Below, piece by piece: positions 21,562-32,633 of a stretch of 64,000 bases of DNA. The stretch's first letter is position 1, and the number at the start of each line of letters is the position of its first letter. Made by a program: the position numbers and the translations under genes. Origin of the DNA: Eukaryota sp. GEM-RC1 (Eukaryota); assembly GCA_040285855.1 (NCBI GenBank), contig JAUFOQ010000003.1, forward strand, positions 1,364,001 to 1,428,000, given 5' to 3'. The notes beneath the pieces were generated by a model that did not search any database, was not told where the DNA came from, and was given only the letters and a program-made list of their open reading frames with translations.

Positions 21562-23359
21562 TCACGAACTATTTAGATTTTTTGAAATAATGGTTAATAT
21601 TTGTGAACTAATTATAGCATCATTTAAATCAAAGAATCTTCTGAAATTGCTTAACCAATTTACGAAATCAGAAGAGTTTAGACACGAGCTCAAAGGAATA
21701 CGTTCAACGGTATTTAAATAATCGGATAATTGCTTTTTAATACCGGGACTATTTCTCAATGGAACAAAGGGTAATGGACATGAAAAATTCTGAAAATTCT
21801 GAACTCTTTCTGATCCAATCAAATTCAAAAATTTAATTGTAAGTTCCAACGGATAATTTGATGAAATTTGAGCTGTTATAAATCCAATATCTTCAATCAA
21901 TTTATGATTTAGCAAAAGTTCAGTCAAAGAAAGGGAACAAAAAAGATTGGAAGTAGACATCACGATGAAAGAAACGTCATCATCAGAAAGTGATTCATCA
22001 ACTGTGGACAACTCATCAGATTCTGACAAATTTGAAAAAATATTTAAATATTTTAGAGGAAGCGGAGAATACAGAAAAGAAAATGTTGATGGGTCGATTT
22101 CTCTAAATAATTCAGATAAAATTTCTGTTGAAAAAATAAATGATGATGTGGAATAACTACTCTGTTTTTTACAGAAATATATCTCAATTACATCTTCCAA
22201 AGAATCAATAGTCTGATTATTTGATTTCAATAAAAAAATGATCCATACAGGAATTAATTTTTTGCAATAATTCATCAAGACAGTTTTCAAATGACAGGGC
22301 TTCCTACATTGTACAAATTTAAAAAATTCATGAAATTGTTGGAACGAGGAATCATAATCTGGCGAGAAAGAATTCAAAAACAATTGAGCCAAATAATCAT
22401 TTTTTAGTAGAATTAATTCTAAAAAATGATCAATGTCAATAACACTAAAGGTTGATAAATCATGAAGGTAAACATTAAAGAATAATTGAATAAAGATGAT
22501 TAATTCATGACTAACACGATTGTCTTGCATCTCAGAGAAGATATCTCCGAAATTAGAAAAAACCCCAATGGCATGCTTAATTAATAAGGAAAACATTGAG
22601 AATTTTAAATTTTCATCAGACAATGATAAAAGTTCCAACAAGGAAACACTCAAAGAAATTAACAGAAAAACGTCATCATTTTGAATGACTAAATCATAGA
22701 AAACTTGTAGGTTTTGCATCAACAGCAATATTCCTGGACTTAAATAAGCTTTCAAAGGGCAACATGACAACTTATTGATGGAATCCATCAAATTTGATTG
22801 ATTGACACCAACAGCATCAACATCCATAAGAAGTCTAGTAGTGATAGTTTGACAAGAACAAGAGTTAGAATCAGAAAATCCAGGGTGAAAAAGTGCAAGG
22901 AAAAGGAACTGATCCAAGAAAAGATGTCTATGTTCAGGGAGAAAGTGAAGGCAGAACAAGGTCAGAGAGGATACTGAAGTACGGAGCAACGGATTGTTGG
23001 CAAAGAGGAACTGTGGGAGTGACAATGCAAGATGAGTAACAAGTAGTCAACAAAGCAGAAACAAATGATAGAAGAGGATGATCAGAGTGAGATTTGCTAC
23101 GTGAACTTTTGATCAGGACCTGTACGACTAGAGTCAAGATGCTTGTTGAATGACAGATGAATTCTGATGAAATTGTATCATCCACTGATCCATGTGCTGG
23201 TATCAGGTCTAAAAAAACAGAGAAATCAATTTCTTGTGAGGACAAATCCGAGGGAGAAAGTTTTAACATGTTATTAAGATAAGTAACAAATGTATCATGA
23301 TAGGCTGTGCCTCGTAACCGTAGTTCAGACACACAGAACCCTGAAATGGCGGAGTTCAT
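21562..23359 (-). CDS. Hypothetical Leu/Ser/Phe-rich helical protein, ~580-600 aa, one frame break near 23010-23060
   Basis: Overlapping ORFs 22934-23497 and 21562-23025 in different frames; ATG at 23359 (MNSAISGF). Joined either by a 52-nt GTTTC..CAG intron (23011-23062) or by a 1-nt indel. Confidence 0.6.
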
Positions 23360-23382
23360 TGACCGAGAATGTTCAATTTTCC

Positions 23383-24255
23383 ATGTCTTCAGATTTAATC
23401 TCGGCAGTCGCTCGTTCACTAGATTCAGTGGATGCTGCTGAAGAAGAATGTATATTTGATCATCTGGGCACAACAGCTCTAGACTTGTACAATTCAACAG
23501 AGATCAATCCTCCTATTATCAGCTTTATAAAGAATTTAGATGATCTCTTGGGTGGAGGAATCCCTCTAGGATGTGTTACGGAGATATGTGGTTGTTCTTG
23601 TGCTGGTAAAACACAACTTGCTCTACAACTCACAGCTGATGTCTTTATTCCACTTTCTCTTGGCGGTACTGGGGGAAAAGCCCTTTATATTGACACCCAG
23701 GGTGATTTCTCAACTACTCGACTGTCAGATATGGTTTCAGCTGTCCTCGAACATCTTCATGCCTCAACCAATTCTTACCCTAATCTTTCATTTGAGTATA
23801 TAATGAATAACACAACTGTCGTTAAGTGCTTTGACTGGATAGAGTTGCTTGCGGTTGTACACACTTTAGATTCGTTTATTAAAGATGATAGTGACATCAA
23901 ACTAATAGTCATTGATTCGATTGCTACTGTTTTTCGCCACGTGTTTAATGACGACTATGTTGCAAGAGCTCGAATATTATGTGAACTCATGGCTGTTTTA
24001 CGTACAGTAGCTTATACTCATAACGTTGCTATTGTTGTGACCAACCAATTGTTATCCAAATACAACGATCCAAACTCACTGGAATTGATACCAGCTTTGG
24101 GTGAAACATTTGGCCAGTATTGTGCTAATAGATTGGTTATTGAATCGATGCAAAACAATCCCAGTGGGAGAGTAATAAGTCTCGTAAAGAGTACAACTCA
24201 TGAGAGTGGAACTGCTATGTTTGAGATCAGAAAAGAGGGTTGTAGGGGTGTTTAG
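23383..24255 (+). CDS. RAD51C: RAD51 paralog C
   Basis: LDDLLGGGIPLG.VTEICG...GKTQLALQL..DV.IP..LGG.GGKALYIDT, LIVIDSIA..FR, VVTNQ and PALGE motifs match RAD51C. Confidence 0.9.
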   Translation: MSSDLISAVARSLDSVDAAEEECIFDHLGTTALDLYNSTEINPPIISFIKNLDDLLGGGIPLGCVTEICGCSCAGKTQLALQLTADVFIPLSLGGTGGKALYIDTQGDFSTTRLSDMVSAVLEHLHASTNSYPNLSFEYIMNNTTVVKCFDWIELLAVVHTLDSFIKDDSDIKLIVIDSIATVFRHVFNDDYVARARILCELMAVLRTVAYTHNVAIVVTNQLLSKYNDPNSLELIPALGETFGQYCANRLVIESMQNNPSGRVISLVKSTTHESGTAMFEIRKEGCRGV

Positions 24256-24310
24256 ATATCTACTAAGTTAAATGAATGTAAGCGAGTCTTGGTGTTTCAT
24301 TAATCCTACA

Positions 24311-24475
24311 ATGCCAAGAGATAAGAATCAATCAGCTGTTGTGAAAAGCGCACTGGCGGCGGAGAAGAAGGACCTGGCAGAAGCTGCTAAAGCGGAAGAC
24401 AGAGCACTGAAGGAGCATCAACGATTGGAAACCATATCAGAAACTGGTAGTGACCGATATAAGAGAAAGGAGTAG
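24311..24475 (+). CDS. Small charged helical protein, 54 aa, possibly Lso2/CCDC124-like
   Basis: MPRDKNQSAVVKSALAAEKKDLAEAAKAEDRALKEH..ETGS; coding-like composition between RAD51C and ALG14, double TAG stop. The family similarity is weak. Confidence 0.45.
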   Translation: MPRDKNQSAVVKSALAAEKKDLAEAAKAEDRALKEHQRLETISETGSDRYKRKE

Positions 24476-24515
24476 TAGTCTAGGTTGTTTTCCCCAATAC
24501 CAATAAACTACTAGT

Positions 24516-25130
24516 ATGCTGACTATGATCATTGTACTAATCCTGTTCTTTCGATTAGTATTTATTCTTCCATGGTCCCGATTTAGTTCTAAGATATTGA
24601 ATAAGTGTAAGGCACCTCGTAGCTTGTTGGTTTTCTTAGGTTCTGGAGGACACACAGCTGAGATGTGCTCACTCATTCCTAATCTTTCTTGCCAGTTTTC
24701 TGTAATATACTCGATCATTGCTTCAGGTGATGACCTGTCGGAACACAAACTTCAACAGTTTGCGTTTGCTTCTTCATCGGAATCACATGTCTACCGTATA
24801 TGGCGTACAAGAGATATACATGAATCATTGTTACATAGTGTTCCTAAAGCTTTTGTTTGCTTTTTACAGTCTCTGAAAATTCTGCTTCAAACAAAACCCC
24901 AAATGATTTTAGTTAATGGACCTGGTACTTGTGTTCCTATTGTTTATGCTGCTTTTATTCTGAAGTATCTTGGTTTGTTTAGTACAAGGGCTATTTACGT
25001 GGAGTCCGTTTGTCGAGTCTCAAGCTTGTCTCTATCAGCCAAGCTTGTGTATCCTGTTGTTAACGAATTGATTGTACAGTGGCCTGATAATAACTACTTT
25101 GGGACTCGTTTTTTTGGTAAATTAACATGA
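24516..25130 (+). CDS. ALG14: UDP-GlcNAc transferase subunit ALG14
   Basis: N-terminal TM helix; LVFLGSGGHTAEM, LVNGPGTCVP, YVESVCRV..LSLSAKL and VQWP motifs. Confidence 0.95.
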   Translation: MLTMIIVLILFFRLVFILPWSRFSSKILNKCKAPRSLLVFLGSGGHTAEMCSLIPNLSCQFSVIYSIIASGDDLSEHKLQQFAFASSSESHVYRIWRTRDIHESLLHSVPKAFVCFLQSLKILLQTKPQMILVNGPGTCVPIVYAAFILKYLGLFSTRAIYVESVCRVSSLSLSAKLVYPVVNELIVQWPDNNYFGTRFFGKLT

Positions 25131-25489
25131 AGAAGCTACGTAGAAGAAAAACAGGATTCCACCTAGACGCTAAATATCAAATATCGTCTTGGTTCTAAAT
25201 TGGGACTTCTAATACATGAAGCTGTAAAATCAATACCCTTTACTATACTTGTATTGGAACCTTACTTGAATGGGATTCTTTTTTAAATGTGTCTTTTGAC
25301 TGGTCATCTAAAGATCATGATATGTAAGTGCTTCTGGATATTATTAATGTCAGTAAATAATTTTACCATTGTACGTGACACTTAAATACTGTACATACCA
25401 AAACATTATTTTACTCAATTTCAATAATTGCAAATCTTTATTTTCGCCAATCTGCAATAACTCATATATATTTATTCAAGTTGATTGAT

Positions 25490-26075
25490 TTAGACATTGG
25501 TAAACAAGTTTCATTTACATTGTTACAAATTTGCTTTTTTCTTACTATCTTCAGAATCTTCTTGGATTAATAGTCTTCAGAAAATTGTTGATGGTCTTGA
25601 TAGCACTCTTTGGTCTGCTTTATGTCCAGTCTCGATTTCAGAAACTCAGCATAAGATCTATTTTCTCACTTCCGTTATGTGTCTGTAAACTTCAGAAAAA
25701 ATTTGTATCTTATCATAAAAGCTTGGATTATGGGAATCGTATTAGCTTGGCTAAGATGGAAATCCCGCTTTTTGTGCTTTATTGTGATAAAATAAGCTGA
25801 AAAAACAGACGAAATGTCCTTTACAAAAATACTGTTTTAATCTCAAAGATCATGAGTGGCTTATCAACATGCGTTTAGGGCCTTTTGGCCTCCTGAAGCT
25901 CATCATTTTCCGATTTTCACCATCTAGTTAACTGTCATCAGTTCATCCATTTTAGATCTATTGTCCATAATAGCCTTCGTGGAACCTGTCTTCGAGATGT
26001 TTAAAGCTAATGGTTTTCATGGAAAAGTTGAACCGCTAATGGATGGACTCTCAGATCAGCCTAGATTTGATAAGC
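25490..26075 (+). mobile_element. Degraded fragment of a CRE-like element (further subfamily)
   Basis: Pieces such as CKLQKKFV..LDYGNRISLAKME.P.F and FEMFKANGFHGKVEPL parallel the pre-RLE and RLE regions of the other copies. Confidence 0.65.
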
Positions 26076-26294
26076 AGTTTCTTGCTTGTATTGGGATCCT
26101 ATTATACGATGACGTGACGATACCTTTGTTTTCAATATATTACAGGACCAAATACCCTATTTCGTAATGTCAAATGCACATTGTGCTGTCATGATTGCAA
26201 GATCTTACAAGTATTTATAACAACACATTAATGTACCACAACCTTTAATAACAGTATTTTTATTTGTGCTACAAATACACAATACAATTTATTA

Positions 26295-27936
26295 CAGTTT
26301 TAGTTGGCTATATGGATGGTATTTCTATTATTGGTCCCCTTGAATTGTTAAAAAAGGTCTTGGAAGTCGCTGATATTTATGAAACATTAGGTTTATTAAT
26401 TGGTAGATCTACACAAGAATTATTTATTAATGGAGTTCATATTCCATTTATTAATTATGTTGAATACGCTTTTCGTTTTCTAGGATGTTGGCTTGGGAAT
26501 GTTCCTAAAATTTCTCAAGAATTATCTAATTGTTTGGAAAAAATTGGTTCAGAACTCAACACAATTTCTTCATATGATATTGAAAAACATATTAAGTTTT
26601 TTATTTTAAAAATCTGCAACTCCGGACAAATTACGCATCTTTTGAAATCTACTGTTCCCTCAATCGCTCTGAACTTTTGTAGATCTTTTAACGAGTTGAG
26701 GATTAATTTTTTTGCTTCATTGTTTGAAGTTGATTCAATGTTACTTAGAAGTCATTTGTTTACTTCTGCTCATTTTGGTGGTATTAGTTTTACCAAATCG
26801 TCAATTCGTTGCAAATCTGCTTTTTTTAGGGGGTGGACAAAATTTGATTTTTTGAATTTGTTAATCGATTTCCTAATGATATTTCACTTATTAACCTTAA
26901 TTCATGTAAACGTTTATTTGACTTAAACAAAACGTTGATCAAATTACTGTTTGACGTTTGGTATCAGAGTTTCCCAGATTCTGTGTCTGAAATTCTTGAC
27001 AGATGTTTGACTAATCAGTTTTGTCTAAATCAATTACAACATAAGCTAACAAATATTTTTGAAAGCTTGGATTATAACGTTCGACTTGGCACGGCCAGAG
27101 TAAAAAATCCCGCTTTTGCAAATTTTTTATTGGATGTTTCAAATAGCTCTGCTTCATGTCTGATTACTCAAAACCCTCAATTTGACGTTCTTTTTCTTGA
27201 TGATAACTCTTGGTTATTAAACATGCGTTTACAGTCATATATTTGGCCTGATAACTTTCGACATAATTTGAAATGCCAATGTGGGCAATCTGTAACACCT
27301 ACACATGTATTGAATTGTAACCGTTTTATTTCTTTTTAGAAGTAAGGTTCATGATTCAGTAAGGGATCAATTAGATTGTGGGTAAATTTTATGGAATAGT
27401 CTCCTTTTTAGAACCAGTTCTGGCTGGTTTGTTTGATGATACAGATGTTGACAAATCGTTTGGAAATAGCCGTGGTGATGTCATATTTCCTGGTCTCGAT
27501 GGATCTTTCAGTATTGCTGATGTTTTGTCCATCGATGTTTGTAATAACTCCAACAAGAAACTTGCTAAATCTAATGCTAAACAACCCCCTGTTTATTGGT
27601 GAAAAATTGAAAATGGAAAAATATTGTGCTAAAAAGAAATTATTGAATTCGGTTCCACAAACGAATTACTTGTTGTACCCTTTTGTATTTTCACTGTACG
27701 GCTCTTTAGGTGAGTCTGCAACTTCCTTACTGGAAATATCTGTGAAGATTGTAAAAGAAAAAACATCTAGGACATTTGATCTTAGATTTTGGAAAAATCG
27801 AATTGTGTTTGCTATCTTTAAAGGTATGGTGACGTCTGTATCTAGCGCTTTATTATCTCTTGGCAGACATTATGAGGATAAGGTATGTGAAAATTTCCAG
27901 TTAGGCAATCTGGACTTTGAGGATATTGATTATTAG
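26295..27936 (+). mobile_element. 5'-truncated, frameshifted CRE-like retrotransposon, subfamily C (RT C-half to RLE)
   Basis: VGYMDG (decayed YMDD), FRFLGCWLG, HFGGI, CQC-x7-H-x3-C, HDSVRD, SRGDV..IADV and YPFVFSLYGSLG motifs. Confidence 0.9.
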
Positions 27937-28399
27937 ATGTAAGTACACTGTAGTGTTGTTGTCAATTTTATTTTGTTTTATTTGCATGATCGTGGAAAAG
28001 TGTCAAAAATTCTTTTTTTGTCAACTTTCTCAAAATCAGAGAGAAAACAAAGAGCATCTTTATCAAGTCGACCATAAATTGAAATTGTAAAAGGACATAA
28101 ATTCACTGCAAAGAAGTGTCTGCAATCGGAGTTTTTGTCGCAAAAAGAATCTAATGAGCTCCTTTAGGAAGCTGACGAGTCTGATGAACATTTGAGGTTT
28201 CAATAAACAAACTCTGTTATGGTCTCATTATTGACACTCAGAAACTGATTTCAAACAAGGATTGGAAATAATATATTGATATTGCAATATATTGCAATAA
28301 GTACAATAGCAATTTTGCAAGAAAAGTTGTGACAAATTGGTCACAAAAGAAATACATATGTATCACTTCTAGACATTGCAAAAATTAACAAACAAAGAA

Positions 28400-28673
28400 A
28401 GTTTGCTGATCCACTCGGAGACCTGAAATACATTACAACAATAACAATTATGTTGATAAACGTAATCTTTTACCGGGTGGTGATGAAGTCGTTTGGATTT
28501 AATCTTAGTATTATTTGTTTGTTTTTACAATTTCATAGTTTGTAGGAAGGTTACCTTATTGGGTGCCGAATAAACATCTCTCTCACAATAACAATTTATG
28601 TATTTCTGACAATAACAATAACAATAAGTATATATTTATCGAAAACAATAAACAATATATTTAAACACCCCTG
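28400..28673. mobile_element. Probable solo end of a hAT-like DNA transposon
   Basis: Terminus reads CAGGGGTGTTTAAA on the minus strand, with many AACAAT subterminal repeats; no partner end found. Confidence 0.4.
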
Positions 28674-28872
28674 TCATCTAACCCACCTGTTCTTTAGGAG
28701 TGAACAAAAGATACCTTTTGGCAACTAAAATACCGATACGTTATAATCTACAATTTATGTCGTTTAGAACAACTAAATGTTACAAATTAAGCTTCAGCGT
28801 ACTCAGCGTCGGCTCGGCCCGGAAAATTTACAGCCTTTGGTTGTTGGATCAAGATCTTTAATTTACATCACA

Positions 28873-29923
28873 ATGTTCTTCTTTGGACTTGAAGGTGGTG
28901 GCACTTCTTCTCATTATGTCCTAATCCACGAAAAGGGTGAAATACTATGTAACACATCCATCAGCACTTGCACTAATCCATTTGTTTGTTGCTCTTCTTC
29001 CATCTGTTCCTAGCTTGTTGGACCTGGAAACAGTAGCTCAAACAGTATCTCAAATCGTTTTTCAACTCTCTTCGTCTTTCAATTTTACCCTCCCTCTACA
29101 CGGAATTGCACTTGCACTATCAGGTGTTGACAATGCACAAATTCAGCAACAACTGCGTGATGAATTCAACAAACAACCACAACCTCTCTCCACCCACATT
29201 TCCTTCTATAACGACTCTGTAGGATCAGCTGGTCTCCTCATCGACTCTCCACTTCCCATTGTTCTTATTGCTGGTACTGGTTCTCATTGCAGAGCCGTCC
29301 TTCCTTCAGGACAGCAGTTTCGTAGTGGAGGGTGGGGCCATTTACTGTCTGAGAAGGGTTGTGCGTACAACGTCACTGCCACTGCTGTTGCTGAGTGTCT
29401 AATGTCACGTGACCATCATCCAGATGCTCCCAATCATGACGTCTCTGCTGTTCATGATTTGATACTGGAGAAGTTTAATATATCAGATCTACCTGAGGTA
29501 CTAACACTGTTTTACAGGAGTTTTAATAAAGCAGAGATTGCTGGTGTTACACGTGATATTGCTGAGCTGGCACTTGGTGGTGACGTGTACGCCCAATCGT
29601 TGTTTGATAGAGTTGGTACAGACCTAGCAAAGATGCTCATAGGGGTACTTACTCAAATTGAAGAAGCTAAGTTGGAGTTGAAGGATGAGGTATCATTTAA
29701 AAATTTGGAAGAAATTGACATTTTGGCTGTTGGGTCAGTCTGGAAAAGTTATTCCCTTTTTTCTAAGTCCTTTATTAACACTTTAAATTCCTGTTTTGGA
29801 TTTAGCGTGGTTTTGAAACGCCCTGTTATTACTGCAGCTGTTGGAGCTGTTCAGTTACTAGCTAAGGAAATGGAAGTTGATTTGAGGGTTGATGACGTCA
29901 TCTCTGAACTGTTGACTTGTTGA
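28873..29923 (+). CDS. NAGK: N-acetylglucosamine kinase (BadF/BadG/BcrA/BcrD family); probable 30-nt intron 28984-29013
   Basis: GLEGGGTSS, LALSGVD, YNDSVG, VLIAGTGS, GGWGHLL..G.AY, FNKAEIAG and VGSVWKSY motifs. The intron GTTTGT..CCTAG removes the stop, but one extra exonic base remains. Confidence 0.9.
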
Positions 29924-30674
29924 AGACTTATGAATCATATTTGGTAATAAACTATTCCTTAAATCAGAAATATTGAGAAATGTAATGTGGCCGGAAATGT
30001 CCGTACACTATCAGCAAGGAATAACATGAATAAAATTAAACCCCTTAATTAAATGAAAAAAGAAAAAACACCATTTGTTCCACAAACGATTCAATTCCAG
30101 TATGTCTTCCTTCTTTTCAGTAGCTAATGGAAGACGCAAATTGATCATCCTGGCTTCATTAAACACAAGCAATGCATACTAGGTATATGAGAAATATATC
30201 CAGAAGGTCCACTACTACAAAGCTCAATTAAAATGTAGTGAACTCAGGAATTTTTAGCAATTTTTGGAAACAAAGGAAGACATAACAACAATATAAACAA
30301 AATTTTGAAATGGCTTCTCAGTTTTTAACTGATTTTGGACCTATGTGTAAGTCTCAGAATAAGAGATTTAACTTATCAATTTGGCATAACCGTTTGATTT
30401 TTTCTCTGTTCCGTTCGATGCCTAAGTGTATTGAATCAATTATCACGGGGTTATATAAAAACTGTAGTAGAGTTGCCCAATAACTTTTTTTCTAACTAAC
30501 TGTCTAGGCTTTCATAGCTTTTATTTTGATAAGTATTTATGTCCCCTTCATCTATAAACAGTGGTTTTAAAATAATTGAGTCATTTAATACATTCTAAAT
30601 GGAGACAACTTGAGGTGATGTATGTGCGTAATCAAATATGTTACTACTACTCGTGTCTATTTGAAATAGTATTT

Positions 30675-31870
30675 CGAACAAAAACAGTAAGATAAGTACA
30701 AAACTAGAACTCAATATCATTAAAGCAACATTCATTGCCATTAAAACTCACATCAGCTTTTTCTTCATAAACAGTACTGAGAGCTAATAGAGCTTTTGAA
30801 ATCATAATAGGAATTGATTTAAATATTGTAAAGACAATACGATTCAACCAAAACTTAAAGTAGAGTTTCTTGTTCATTCTTTTTTTTTTTGACAACTTTC
30901 TCAAAATCAGTGAGAAAACAGAGCATCTCTACCAAGTCGACCATCAATTGAAATTGCAAAAGGACATAATTTGTACTCAACATGTCTAATATGTTTGAGA
31001 GCAGTCAATGGTTCATCATATTTGTTTCTCTTGTATTGTTCTGAAGAATTCAGTGGAGAAACTTCATTTTTAGCATCCTTGAATGCACTTTTTTTGCAAA
31101 CATCCACAGTAATCACATCAACAACGGTTAGTTCATCATTGACTGATGGAACTATAAAATCGGCTCTTCTTTTATTAAAAGTCTTATCACAATCACTATT
31201 TTTAAATTATTGATTTCAAGTGATCTCAACAGTGGCTCAACAAAAGATTCGATTTTGTAGGACTTACACATGGCATGAATTTGATCTCTGACAGCATCAT
31301 GAATACAAGTTTTATAAGTAATGAAACGATTACAACTCAAAAGGTGAGAAAAAGTAACCAATTTACCACATTTACATTGAAGATCATTGGGTAAATTAGA
31401 GGGCCACAAGAAACATCGAAGTCTGAATGTTATCGTCTATTGATGATCATTCAACAACAAACCATAAATCTGACGAATTTGGTTAATCAAAGCAACTGAA
31501 GAACTGTCCTTCAAATCAATTAAAAAATTTGCGAACGCTCGATTTTTTTCTTTGACCGAGCCAAGTCGAATTTTAAAATCCAGACATTCAAAATGTTTTA
31601 AAAGGTGTTTTTGGAGTTTCTTAAGAGCAACATTTTAACGAGGTGACACATCGTTCTGGTATTTCACAAATATCTGCTGGAAAACACGTTTGCCAGAGGG
31701 CAGGTGAAATTAGCGACAATTCTGATCTCAAATTTACCAAGAAAAACTACCTGTAGAAACAAGAAGATTTTCTTGACTTGGGTATCGTCTACAGAACTCA
31801 AAGACAATATTTTTATTAGGATGAATTTGAGATGATTTTCCAATTGCAATTGATAGTCGTGGATACCTGT
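30675..31870 (-). mobile_element. 5'-truncated, frameshifted CRE-like subfamily A copy
   Basis: Near-identical to 3425-4570, with an internal deletion; ends ..NGNECCFNDIEF*. Confidence 0.9.
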
Positions 31871-32575
31871 TGAAACACGAAACATTTTCTTTCAAACCAA
31901 AATCAGTAATAATTTCTTCCACAGCATCAATAATGTTGATGGCAGTGTGGTTTTCTTTTAAATGCTTAATATCGAGGACGTAAGTGGTTAATTTCCAGTC
32001 TTCAACACTTTGAACTGTTACCCCGATGAAATGTGTGTTTGAATTTGATGTCCACCCATCAATCGTAATAGATACTTTAGAAGAATTACACACATTTTTG
32101 AAATTATCTATCAAGTATCCTGTAAATAACTCAAAGACATTATTTCTTATCGTGGTTCTTTTTGGAATTTTGAATCTGAAAGAGAGGAAACAAATTCGAT
32201 ATAATCAGGGTGATCAAACAGACCAGAGATTTCAGGATCTTCAGGTAAATCAAGCGAGGACATTAGTTGAAATTCACAGATAAACATCCACACTCTGTAT
32301 AAAATGAAAATTAAATAAAGGAGAACAAAACAAAGACAGTAAAGATGTAATACACCTAGACTCAATATTCTAGAAAAATTATAACTGTATTTGTTTAGCT
32401 AGCTTGTTACTGTTTAAAAATTGAAGTTAGAGTTGTGTCAGCAAAGGGAGATGGGAGTTTTTGGGAGTTCCCAAAGAAGAGCTCCCACTCCCACTGCCAA
32501 GAATTGCTACTGAAGCTCCCACTCCCACTCCCAAGGGTCATGGGAGATGGGAGTTGGGAGAAATTGACATCCCTA
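31870..32575 (-). mobile_element. hAT (Ac/ZBED-like) transposon 5' end with transposase fragment
   Basis: Terminus TAGGGATGTC (minus strand, 32575), CTCCCA/TGGGAG subterminal repeats, and KVSITIDGWTS...FIGVT..HTAINI (first catalytic Asp region). Truncated against a CRE copy. Confidence 0.85.
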
Positions 32576-32633
32576 CAATTCACAGTTGCGTCAGTTTCAC
32601 TTCCACACTGATATCCTCTTTGATAAACATTTG

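Noticed and set aside
2002..29923. Alternative genetic code (stop reassignment) explaining the broken genes
   Set aside because: Conserved genes end at TAA, TAG and TGA at the expected positions, and the breaks are frame changes rather than in-frame stops.
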